Positions 54,939 to 63,450 of a stretch of 64,000 nucleotides of DNA are shown here, in pieces. Below the pieces are notes generated by a model, which ran no database searches, was not told where the DNA came from, and was given only the letters and a program-made list of their open reading frames with translations. Both the position numbers and the translations under genes were made by a program. Within the stretch, counting starts at the first letter, position 1; each line of letters starts with the position of its first letter. The stretch comes from an uncultured Deinococcaceae bacterium (GTDB lineage: Bacteria > Deinococcota > Deinococci > Deinococcales > Deinococcaceae): contig CAXULY010000005.1 of assembly GCA_964252075.1 (NCBI GenBank), positions 1 through 64,000 on the forward strand. Reading direction: 5' to 3'.

Positions 54939-55807
54939 TTCAGCCCGGAGAGCTTGATGCCCTCGATGAGGTAGCGCTGCAGGAACAGGTACAGCAGCAG
55001 GCCCGGCAGGGCCGCGACGGTCGCGCCCGCCATGATGAGCTGCCACGCCGTGGAGTGCTCGCCGGAGAACGCCGCGAGCGCCACCTGCGTGACGCGCATG
55101 TCCGGGTTCTGCGTGACGATCAGGGGCCACAGGTATCCGTTCCAGTTCGCGAGGAAGAAGAAGGTCGCGAGCGTCGCGAGGATCGGCTGGCTCATGGGGA
55201 GCGCGATGCGCCAGAAGATCCCGGCGGGCGTCGCGCCGTCCAGCCGCGCGGCCTCCTCCAGCTCCACCGGGAGGCCCAGGTAGAACTGCCGCAGCAGGAA
55301 GATGCCGAAGGCGTTCGGAATGGCAGGAATGATGAGCGCCCAGTACGTGTCCAGCCACCCCAGGGACTTCACGAGGATGAAGGTCGGGATGAGCGTCACG
55401 GAGAAGGGAATCATCATGGTCGCCACGATGCCCAGGAACAGCGCGTCGCGCCCGCGGAACTTCAGGCGCGCCAGGGCGTACGCGGACATCGCGTGAAACA
55501 GCAGCGCCACGAGGGTCACGCTGGTCGCCACGATGAAGGTGTTCAGGATGTAGCGCGCGAAGGGCACCGTCGTGAAGACCTCCGCGTAATTGCTCCACAT
55601 GAAGGTGTGCGGCAGGAAGGTGGGCGGGTACTGCACCACCTCGTCCGGACCCTTCAGCGACCCGAGGATCATCCACGCGAGCGGAATGAGCGTGAGGAGC
55701 GCCACCAGCAGGCACAGGGCGTACACGCCGATGGTGCCGAGCAACCGCCCCACGGAGCGCCCGCGGCGGCGCGGGCGCTCCGTGGGCAGGGGGTAACTGC
55801 GCTGCAC
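54935..55807 (-). CDS. Carbohydrate ABC transporter permease
   Basis: LEEAARLDGA, WN.YLWPL. Confidence 0.93.
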   Translation of the reverse strand: MQRSYPLPTERPRRRGRSVGRLLGTIGVYALCLLVALLTLIPLAWMILGSLKGPDEVVQYPPTFLPHTFMWSNYAEVFTTVPFARYILNTFIVATSVTLVALLFHAMSAYALARLKFRGRDALFLGIVATMMIPFSVTLIPTFILVKSLGWLDTYWALIIPAIPNAFGIFLLRQFYLGLPVELEEAARLDGATPAGIFWRIALPMSQPILATLATFFFLANWNGYLWPLIVTQNPDMRVTQVALAAFSGEHSTAWQLIMAGATVAALPGLLLYLFLQRYLIEGIKLSGLK

Positions 55808-55808
55808 C

Positions 55809-56714
55809 TTACTCCCCCCGCCGCACGAGCCAGAACTGCGCGAGGCTCACCACGAAGATCACCAGGAACAGGGCGAAGGCAATCGCGCTCGCGTAGCCCA
55901 GGCTGAGGTACTGGAAGGCCTGCTTGTAGATGTAGATCACCGTGACCTGCGTGGCGTCCGCCGGGCCGCCCTTCGTCATCACCCAGATCTGGTCGAACAC
56001 CTGAAAGGACCCGATGAGCGTCACGACCAGCACGAACAGGCTGGTGGGGCGCAAGAGCGGCAGCGTGATGCGCGTGAAGGCGTGCCAGCCGCCCGCGCCG
56101 TCCATGCGGGCCGCCTCGTAGAACTCCCGCGGGATGTCCTGCAGGCCCGCCAGGAAGATCGTCATGTAGTAGCCCATGTTGATCCAGACGCTCACCGTGA
56201 TGATGGCGGGCAGCGCGAGGTTCACGTCGCCCAGCCACGCGCGCGGCGGCAGGTGCACCAGCGACAGCCCGTAATTCAGGAGGCCCACCTGCTCATCGAA
56301 GATGAAGCGCCACATGAGGCCCGTCACCACGAGGCTCAGCACCACCGGCACGAAGAAGATCGTGCGGAACACCCCGATGCCCGGCAGGCGCTGGTTCGCG
56401 AGCACCGCGAGGCCCAAGGACACCACGAACACCAGCGGCACGTAAATCACGGTGTACAGCGCCGTGACGCGCAGCGACGACCAGAACACCGGGTCCGCGA
56501 GCAGGCGCTGGTAGTTCGCGGCGCCCACCCAGGCGGGGCTGCCCAGCGCGTTCCAGTTCGTGAAGCTGATGGCGAGCGCCGCCAGGATGGGCAGCACCAC
56601 GAAAACCGCGAGCCCGATCACGTCCGGGGCGAGGAACAGGGCGGCGGTGAGACGCTCGCGCCCCTCGCGCCGCAGGGGGCGCGCGGTCGGGGGTGACGGG
56701 GCTAGGCGGGTCAT
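55809..56714 (-). CDS. Carbohydrate ABC transporter permease
   Basis: YEAARMDGA, FQVFD..GGP. Confidence 0.93.
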   Translation of the reverse strand: MTRLAPSPPTARPLRREGRERLTAALFLAPDVIGLAVFVVLPILAALAISFTNWNALGSPAWVGAANYQRLLADPVFWSSLRVTALYTVIYVPLVFVVSLGLAVLANQRLPGIGVFRTIFFVPVVLSLVVTGLMWRFIFDEQVGLLNYGLSLVHLPPRAWLGDVNLALPAIITVSVWINMGYYMTIFLAGLQDIPREFYEAARMDGAGGWHAFTRITLPLLRPTSLFVLVVTLIGSFQVFDQIWVMTKGGPADATQVTVIYIYKQAFQYLSLGYASAIAFALFLVIFVVSLAQFWLVRRGE

Positions 56715-56738
56715 GCAGGCTCCTTTGCGGCGGGGGGC

Positions 56739-57983
56739 TTACTTCGGCAGGGTCTTGAGGTACGGCTCCAGCTGCGCCTGCGCCTGATTCGCGGCGGTCT
56801 GGCCGGGCGTGTTGCGGAACATGCTGGCCTGGATGGCGTCACTGATGATCTTCACCATCTCGGCGGGGTAGCGCGGCTCGGCCTTCGCGGTGGGCAGGAT
56901 GGTGTCGCGGAAGTCCCGCAGGAAGGGCTTGTCGTAGTACGCCTTGCCGGCGGCCGTGACGGACTTGCGCGGGCTGAACTTGGAGTTCACCTTGCTGACC
57001 CACTCCAGGGGCCGCTCGGTGCCCTGCGCCCACATCCACGCCGTGAACTTCTTGGCGGCCTCCACGTTCTTGCCCTTGGCGTTCACGACCTGCGTCCAGC
57101 CGCCGTACACCGTGACGGGGTTGCTGCCCGTCGGGGTGGGCAGGTTCGCGACGCCGAAGTTCACCTTCTGCTTCAGTTCCTGCAGCGCCGCGATGGACCA
57201 CATGCCGTCCACGATCATGGCGGCCTTCCCGGTCGCAAAGGGCGTCGCCACGATGTTGTTCGTGCCGTCCGACGCGGTGCGCGGCGAGTACCCCTGCTGG
57301 ATGAGCGTGCGCCAGAAATCCAGGGCCTGCGCGGTGCCCTTGCTGTTGAAGGTCGCCTTGCTGAGCGTGGCGTCCGCGGCGTTCGCGCCCGTCTGCCACA
57401 GGAACGGGTACCACGTGAAGTTCTGGTACGCGCCCGGCGCGGGCTCCACCACGATGGGCGTGATGTTCGCGGCCTTCAGGGTGACGCTGGCCTTCAGCAC
57501 GTCATTCCAGGATTTCGGGACGGGAATCTTGTACTTCGCGAGGATGTCCTTGTTGTAGAAGAGCGCCACGGGCTCCTGCTCAAACGGCATCGCGTAGGGC
57601 TTGCCGTTCACGGTGACGGCCTGCAGCGCGGCGGGCAGCAGGTCCGCGCGCAACTGCGGCGTGAAGATGCTCGTGAGGTCCGCCGCGACGCCGCCGGAGA
57701 CGTACTGCAGGAAGGTGCCGGGCGACGCCCAGAACACGTCCGGGCCGTTGCCGGACGCGAAAGCGGTGGTCAGGACGGGGCCCGTGTAGTCGTTGAAGGG
57801 GAAGAGCTTCAGGACCACCTGCGTGTCGGGGTTTTCCTTGTTCCACTGGTTCACCCAGCCTTGCAGCGCCTTGTTGGGCGTCTCCTCGGCGGTGCCGAAC
57901 TTCCAGAACTGCAGGGTGGTCGCGGCCTGCGCGGACGTGGCGAGCAGCAGACTGGCGGCGAGGGCGAGCGTCATCTTGGTCAT
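56739..57983 (-). CDS. Sugar ABC transporter substrate-binding protein
   Basis: Signal peptide ending AQA, GPDV, LFYNKD, F.TGKAAM..G.W; RBS AGGAG. Confidence 0.92.
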   Translation of the reverse strand: MTKMTLALAASLLLATSAQAATTLQFWKFGTAEETPNKALQGWVNQWNKENPDTQVVLKLFPFNDYTGPVLTTAFASGNGPDVFWASPGTFLQYVSGGVAADLTSIFTPQLRADLLPAALQAVTVNGKPYAMPFEQEPVALFYNKDILAKYKIPVPKSWNDVLKASVTLKAANITPIVVEPAPGAYQNFTWYPFLWQTGANAADATLSKATFNSKGTAQALDFWRTLIQQGYSPRTASDGTNNIVATPFATGKAAMIVDGMWSIAALQELKQKVNFGVANLPTPTGSNPVTVYGGWTQVVNAKGKNVEAAKKFTAWMWAQGTERPLEWVSKVNSKFSPRKSVTAAGKAYYDKPFLRDFRDTILPTAKAEPRYPAEMVKIISDAIQASMFRNTPGQTAANQAQAQLEPYLKTLPK

Positions 57984-58123
57984 GGGCACTCCTGTGCGGG
58001 GGCGGGGTGAGGCGGGCGTCGGTCGTTCGGGCGGGCCGCTGCGGGCGGGTGGGGGGCGGCCGGATCGCTGGGTCATGGGTGGTCCTTTCGCGGTGGCGGT
58101 GCGCCACTGAAACGCACACACTC

Positions 58124-58135
58124 GTAAACGTTTAC
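58124..58135. promoter_or_regulatory. LacI-type operator upstream of the sugar operon
   Basis: Perfect palindrome GTAAACGTTTAC with a central CG. Confidence 0.75.
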
Positions 58136-58154
58136 AACCTGGGCGCGTGGCGCC

Positions 58155-59159
58155 TCACGCCCCTCCGGGCGGCCCCGTCGAAGCCCGCACGATCAGGGTG
58201 GTCTTCAGAACATGCACGCTCGACGGCTGGCCCTCCAGCCGCGCGAACAGCTGCTCCGCCGCGAGCGCCCCCATCGCCTCGATGGGCTGCGCCACCACCG
58301 TCAGCGGCGGGTGCATGTACTGCGCCCAGCGCGCGTCATCGAACCCCACCAGCGACAGTTCCTCCGGAATGCGGCGCCTGCCCTTCAGCACCGCGCCCAG
58401 CGCGCCCGCCATCATCTCGTTGTTCGCCACGAACAGCGCGGTGGGCGGTGTGGGCAGCCCGAACAGCCGCTGCGCGGCGCGCAGGCCGGACGCCTCCCGG
58501 AAATCCCCGACCTCCACGTAGCGCCTGGGCAGCTTCACGCCCGCCGCCGCCAGCGCGCGCTCGAAGCCCTCCAGGCGCTCCAGGCCCGTCGTGAGGTGTC
58601 GCGGCCCCGCAATCGTCGCGATGCGCGCGTGCCCCAGCCCGATCAGGTGCTCCGCCGCGAGCTGCGCGCCGTGCCGGTTGTCCACCAGCACCGCCCCGGC
58701 GTTCTGCAGGCCCGACATGCGGTCCAGGTCCACGATCGGCACGCCGCGCGCCTCCAGGTCCTGCAGGGCGGCGGTGTTCTCCCCGGTCGGCACGTGAATG
58801 ATGCCGCTCACCTGATGCGACGCCAGAAAGCGCAGGGCCTCCTCCGCACGCTCCGGGCGCTCGTCGGCGTTGCAGATCAGCACGCCGTACCCGCGCACCT
58901 GCGCGATGTCCTCCACCGCCTTCGTGATGGACGCGTAGAAGGGGTTGCGGATGTCCGACACGATCAGCCCGATGCTGCGCGACCGCCCCTCCCGCAGGGA
59001 CCGCCCGATGGCGTCCGGGCGGTACCCGGTGAGCCGCACGGCCTCCAGCACGCGTTGGCGGGTCGGCTCGGACACGCTCTCCGGGCGGTTCAGCGCGCGC
59101 GACACGGTCGCGATGCTGAGGTTCACCTGACGGGCGACATCATGGATGGTGACGGGCAA
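58155..59159 (-). CDS. LacI-family transcriptional regulator
   Basis: TIHDVA..SIATVSRALN, NPFY, VGFDD, PPLT; TTG start with RBS AGGAGG. Confidence 0.95.
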   Translation of the reverse strand: MPVTIHDVARQVNLSIATVSRALNRPESVSEPTRQRVLEAVRLTGYRPDAIGRSLREGRSRSIGLIVSDIRNPFYASITKAVEDIAQVRGYGVLICNADERPERAEEALRFLASHQVSGIIHVPTGENTAALQDLEARGVPIVDLDRMSGLQNAGAVLVDNRHGAQLAAEHLIGLGHARIATIAGPRHLTTGLERLEGFERALAAAGVKLPRRYVEVGDFREASGLRAAQRLFGLPTPPTALFVANNEMMAGALGAVLKGRRRIPEELSLVGFDDARWAQYMHPPLTVVAQPIEAMGALAAEQLFARLEGQPSSVHVLKTTLIVRASTGPPGGA

Positions 59160-59219
59160 CCGGTCCTCCTGGGTACCAGATGGCTCAGGCAGGCCAGCGG
59201 GGCCCTGCCAGCAACGACT

Positions 59220-59267
59220 TGTAAACGATTACAGACGCATCATGGACCTCATGCGTTTCCCTGTCAA
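59220..59267 (-). promoter_or_regulatory. lacI promoter with a downstream operator copy
   Basis: TTGACA (59262-59267), 17 nt, CATGAT; operator TGTAAACGATTACA at 59220-59233. Confidence 0.7.
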
Positions 59268-59328
59268 TCCCTCACAGCCGCCCGGCGCGATGCCACGACA
59301 ACCGCCACCGGGAAGGGCCCGCAGCAAC

Positions 59329-59360
59329 AAAAAAAGAAGCCCCCATACCGGGAGCTTCTC
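59329..59360 (-). terminator. Terminator following the tRNA-Pro 3' fragment
   Basis: Minus strand AGAAGCTCCC...GGGGCTTCT followed by a T run. Confidence 0.65.
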
Positions 59361-59363
59361 TGC

Positions 59364-59409
59364 TGGTCGAGGCGGCGAGATTCGAACTCACGACCCCTAC
59401 CACCCCAAG
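59364..59409 (-). repeat. 3' half of tRNA-Pro(GGG), a putative att site
   Basis: CTTGGGGTGGTAGGGGTCGTGAGTTCGAATCTCGCCGCCTCGACCA; D-arm and 5' acceptor strand absent. Confidence 0.85.
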
Positions 59410-59649
59410 TTTGGATGAGGCTTCCCGGTTCGTCTCGCGCAACCTTTTTTTCTCGTTCAGGAGATGCTAGAGGGCCAGCCCACTTCACTGACTGTCACTG
59501 AGGATGCCTGATCGTACCTCCGCTGTAGCCCACGCGTAGGCCACGACGAGCGGTAACGCCGTCCGGGTGCACATCCGTGAACTACACATCGCATGCTGGT
59601 CCGGGATCCACGCGGCTTGGGTGGGCGGAAGGGGAGACTATGCTGTGGC

Positions 59650-60384
59650 ATGACCGACGCGCCACTGGACAACGTCGAGCGCTTTCGCCGGGCGTTTATG
59701 GGCATTGAGGGATGGCTCCGGCAGAAGTACGGCAGCTGGGGTCCCGATTTTCAGAACTTCGTGCAGCTGCTGCGAAAAGCCACGGACAAGCGTCTCAGAG
59801 GACGGATGCAGGACGACCTGATGGCGTACGCGCAGCTTCGCAACTCGCTGTCCCACGACGTTCGGGGGGGCGAGTACATGGCCGTCCCCCAGGATGCGGT
59901 CGTGGTGGAGATCGAACGCATCCACCGACTCCTGACGGCGCCGCCACGAATTGACGGAACGTTCCGCTTTGAGGTGTTGCGGTCATCACCCGACCAGCCG
60001 CTGGCGCCCCTCCTCGAACTGATGGGACACCGCGACATCTCACAGGTGCCCATCTACGAAGTGGATCGCTTCCGGGGCCTCTTGACCAGCCACGCCGTCC
60101 TGCGCTGGTTGGCGGGGCACATCGGCGACGATCTAGTGAGTTTGCAGGACGCCAGGGTGGCAGACGTGCTCCCGTACCTGGATCCAGACGGCGAGCGGTG
60201 CGACTTCGTACCCATAGACTTTCCCCTCCCAGAGGCCGTGCAGCGCTTCAGCGTGGCGGCCGAACACGGTGTCTACTTGTTCGCCCTGCTCATCACGCAG
60301 GCGGGTAAGCCGGATCAGAGGCCGGTGGGCATCATGGCGGTCTCGGACGTCCCTGAAGCGCTGCGGGTGATCGACGCGACGTGA
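59650..60384 (+). CDS. HEPN-like domain fused to a CBS pair
   Basis: N-terminal helical domain with F..IE..L and RNSLSH (Rx4H); C-terminal ISQVPIY..GLLT and PVGIMAVSD CBS motifs. Confidence 0.75.
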   Translation: MTDAPLDNVERFRRAFMGIEGWLRQKYGSWGPDFQNFVQLLRKATDKRLRGRMQDDLMAYAQLRNSLSHDVRGGEYMAVPQDAVVVEIERIHRLLTAPPRIDGTFRFEVLRSSPDQPLAPLLELMGHRDISQVPIYEVDRFRGLLTSHAVLRWLAGHIGDDLVSLQDARVADVLPYLDPDGERCDFVPIDFPLPEAVQRFSVAAEHGVYLFALLITQAGKPDQRPVGIMAVSDVPEALRVIDAT

Positions 60385-60478
60385 CAGGTTCGATTACCCG
60401 CCATCCCTTTCAGCTGGCGCGGCTGCCACCAGGCGACACAAAAATGTGCGTCTGATGGAATCCATTCTCTAGGATGGC

Positions 60479-61204
60479 GTGGTGTCGTTGCCCAGCGCCG
60501 ATTCCTCCGTTTCCCCCACGCACACCTCTTGGCCGACCGTCGCCCTCCTGCTTGGGTTCGGCCTGACCTTGGGCCTCCTGATCATCCTGGGCCGAAGCCA
60601 CGACCTCGGTTCAGAGCGGGTCGTCGCTTATCCCGCTGCCGACCCTTCCGCCGTCCAGGCGGTGCGGGTCGAAGGCACCATCGAAACGGTCCGACACCAA
60701 GGCAACGGCATGTGGAGCTTCGACCTGAAGACGGATCAAGCACAGCTGACTGTCTCGGCCTTTCCCTCGATCGGTCTGCTGCGCACCGTGCCCCACATCG
60801 GCGAGCGGATCGAGGCGGTCGGCCTGCTGGGCGAATACCGGGGCGTCCCCCAGGTCACCCTACTGTCGCGAGACGCCCTGAGGGTGACAGGTCCGGGCAT
60901 CCAGGATGCACTGGGCAGCCTAATGGGCGTGGAGGTCCACCTCGGCCAGCGCGTCCATCTGCGCGGCCTGCACGTGATCGCCGCGAACTTGCGGCGCACC
61001 CGGTCGGGCGACCCGTTGCTGAGCTACCGGGTGGAGTCGGCAGACGGCGCCTGGGCAGACGGCGTGTTCTTTGCCGAGGCGATCACGGACGACCTCCTGC
61101 CGCGCCTCGAACGCGCCCGTGAGGGCTACGGACTGGAGCTGTGGGCGAAGGTGACGCAGTTCCGAGATCAGACCTCGCTGGTGGGCGAGCAGGTGGCCCC
61201 GTGA
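60479..61204 (+). CDS. Membrane-anchored protein with tandem OB-fold-like domains
   Basis: N-terminal TM; VRVEGTI..V...IGERIEAVG.LGEYRG.PQV and a second unit ending KVTQFRDQTSL. Confidence 0.6.
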   Translation: MVSLPSADSSVSPTHTSWPTVALLLGFGLTLGLLIILGRSHDLGSERVVAYPAADPSAVQAVRVEGTIETVRHQGNGMWSFDLKTDQAQLTVSAFPSIGLLRTVPHIGERIEAVGLLGEYRGVPQVTLLSRDALRVTGPGIQDALGSLMGVEVHLGQRVHLRGLHVIAANLRRTRSGDPLLSYRVESADGAWADGVFFAEAITDDLLPRLERAREGYGLELWAKVTQFRDQTSLVGEQVAP

Positions 61205-62637
61205 TCGTACTCTTCACACTGCTGGCGCTGTGCGCTGGAATTGCCGTGGGCGTGGTCACCGGGCTGCTGCCAGGCCTGCACGTGAACGTGGTCGCGGCGC
61301 TCCTGGTGGCGACCGTGGCGACCACGAACACGGCAACCTGGGGAGTGCCCGCTGCGGTGTTCGTGGTTGCGGTCAGCGTGACACATGCTTTTTTCGACTA
61401 CGTTCCCAGCCTGTTTCTGGGTGTGCCGGGCGCCGAGGTGTACGCCTTACTGCCAGGCCAGAAGATGATTCGCGCTGGGCGTGGTGCCGAGGCCCTCGCG
61501 CTGGCCGTGTGGGGCACCTGGGGGGGCCTGCTTGGTGGCTTCGCGGTGGCCGCCCTGCTGCTGGTCCTGAGCCTGTCGGGCCTCGACCTGCTGCGCTGGG
61601 CCGAGCGGGCGCTGCAACCCTGGCTCTTCTGGGTGCTGGCGGTGATCTGCGTGGTGCTGGTGCTCAGTGAGCGGCGACGCGGCTGGGCAGCGCTGCTGTT
61701 CGTGTGCAGCGGCCTGCTGGGCGTGGTCGTGTTGGGCTCCCCCTTGATCCCCGGCGGCACGAGCGGCCCTTTCAGCGCCATCCTGCCCGCCCTCACTGGC
61801 CTGTTCGGGCTGAGCGGCCTGCTGCTGACTTTGTTCGAGTCCAGCGGGCAGCTGCCAGAGCAACGTGATGAGGCCGACTTCCACCTGCCGCCTGCCCAGC
61901 GGCTGCAGGCCACCGCACTCGGTGGGGGGCTGGGGATGCTGGTGGGCCTGCTGCCCGGACTGGGGGCCGCGAACGCGGCGACCCTGGCCCTGTTGGGGGG
62001 GCAGCGGGGGGAGACGGAGCAGGCTGACCGCCGGTATATCGTGCTGACCTCGGCCATTCAGGCGACCGACACGCTCTTCGGCATTGCCGCCCTCTACTTC
62101 ATTGGCAAGTCGCGGTCGGGCGCGTCCGTCGCCATTGAGGCGCTCAGTCCAGGACTGGGTGCGGGCCTGACCTTTGTGCTGCTCGCTGCCATGCTGGTGG
62201 CGGGCGCACTGAGCCGCCGCCTGCTGCTGGCGTGGTGGAAACCGCTGGTGCGCCGGGTGGCCGCCGTACCGTACCGCCCGTTGAATCTGGCGGTGGCGGT
62301 GTTCGTGACGGGGCTGGTGCTGGTGGGCACGGGTGGCTGGGGACTGTTGATCCTGGGGTGCGCGACAATGCTTGGCCTGCTCCCCGCCATGGTGAACGTC
62401 CGCCGCGCTCAACTGATGGGCTTTTTCCTGGTACCCGTCCTGCTGTTCTTCAGCGGGCGCCAGGCGGAGATCGTCACGGCCCTGGGTCTGCAGGCACGGA
62501 CTTCGCCGCCCGTGCCCTTCGACGTCGGCACCCTGCTAGTGCAGGGTGCTGCTTTGCTGGCGGCGGCAGGCGTCGCCTTTGTCATGGCCATGGCCCTGGG
62601 GCGCTGGCAGCAAGCGAGGACGGCGGGGCGATCCTGA
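61201..62637 (+). CDS. TctA-superfamily (DUF112/COG1784-like) multi-pass membrane protein
   Basis: GLLPGLHVN, P..FLGVP, LLPG, second GLLPGLG repeat, RSGA; GTGA overlap with the upstream gene. Confidence 0.75.
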   Translation: MIVLFTLLALCAGIAVGVVTGLLPGLHVNVVAALLVATVATTNTATWGVPAAVFVVAVSVTHAFFDYVPSLFLGVPGAEVYALLPGQKMIRAGRGAEALALAVWGTWGGLLGGFAVAALLLVLSLSGLDLLRWAERALQPWLFWVLAVICVVLVLSERRRGWAALLFVCSGLLGVVVLGSPLIPGGTSGPFSAILPALTGLFGLSGLLLTLFESSGQLPEQRDEADFHLPPAQRLQATALGGGLGMLVGLLPGLGAANAATLALLGGQRGETEQADRRYIVLTSAIQATDTLFGIAALYFIGKSRSGASVAIEALSPGLGAGLTFVLLAAMLVAGALSRRLLLAWWKPLVRRVAAVPYRPLNLAVAVFVTGLVLVGTGGWGLLILGCATMLGLLPAMVNVRRAQLMGFFLVPVLLFFSGRQAEIVTALGLQARTSPPVPFDVGTLLVQGAALLAAAGVAFVMAMALGRWQQARTAGRS

Positions 62638-62646
62638 AGATGGGAA

Positions 62647-62982
62647 GTGGTTCACAGAAGACATCCATTCGAACATGTCGATGGGTGCCTGCCCAACGGC
62701 GAGGTCTTTGCATATGCTGTCATGCCAAGGGGACGCGATCTCCCCGACTCTGACTCTCGCCTCCCTTCAGGTCACGCTGTCCAACCTCACCTGGTGGTGA
62801 CGGGACAGATGCCGCTGGGCGTGAAGGGCTTCCACCTTCCCCTAGCTGAATTCGCGGAGTACGTCACCAGGATTACGCTGGCCGACTCGCTCGTCTGGGG
62901 TCACCGTGAGGACGCCAAGGAGCTCCGGTCTCACTTCAGCATGAGTACAGCGACCTACGTGCTTATTGGCTTGGTCGCCTAG
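62647..62982 (+). CDS. Hypothetical protein or gene remnant
   Basis: 111-aa ORF with no clear RBS and no recognised motif. Confidence 0.3.
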   Translation: MVHRRHPFEHVDGCLPNGEVFAYAVMPRGRDLPDSDSRLPSGHAVQPHLVVTGQMPLGVKGFHLPLAEFAEYVTRITLADSLVWGHREDAKELRSHFSMSTATYVLIGLVA

Positions 62983-62993
62983 GAGAGCCAGAA

Positions 62994-63150
62994 CTCGAGT
63001 CTGTGCGACTGAACCTGAGACTGGGGCTGGATCATCTGCTGGAGAGGATGTTCGTGATCAAGATCGGGCGCGTATTCGCCTGTTGAATGAGCGGCGCGGT
63101 GGACAGACCGCCTGAACACGGCCGTTATCGTTCAGTCGCACAGACCCTAG
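62994..63150. mobile_element. MITE-like element or IS remnant
   Basis: Perfect 16-bp inverted repeats GTCTGTGCGACTGAAC (62999-63014) / GTTCAGTCGCACAGAC (63130-63145); CTAG at the right end. Confidence 0.6.
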
Positions 63151-63450
63151 CGGCGGAAGGAGGGGCGACACTCCGCACAGGGTCCGCATTCACCAGCACA
63201 GGTCTGCAAGAGCCACCCTTAAATAACAATACCTTTCAGAAAATGAAACTAGACGGCTGGTAGCGCGGTCCGACAGGCAGTGAAACAAGATCTCCTACGT
63301 CCCTCCTCCGTGCCCCGCGGGGCACGCGCCCGAAATCCGAAATGGCTCGTCTCAGGCACAGCCCCCTTCCCGAACTGTCTCGCTCTAAGCGCATCTGCGG
63401 AGTGCGCCTCGCCGGGCCTCTGCTAGCCTCAGGAACGGAAAGGACGCCGC

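Noticed and set aside
47951..54974. 1630-aa and 935-aa plus-strand ORFs
   Set aside because: Arg/Ala-rich off-frame or antisense shadows of the MFS and sugar-locus genes.
59364..59440. Intact tRNA-Pro gene
   Set aside because: The 5' half is missing; treated as an att remnant.
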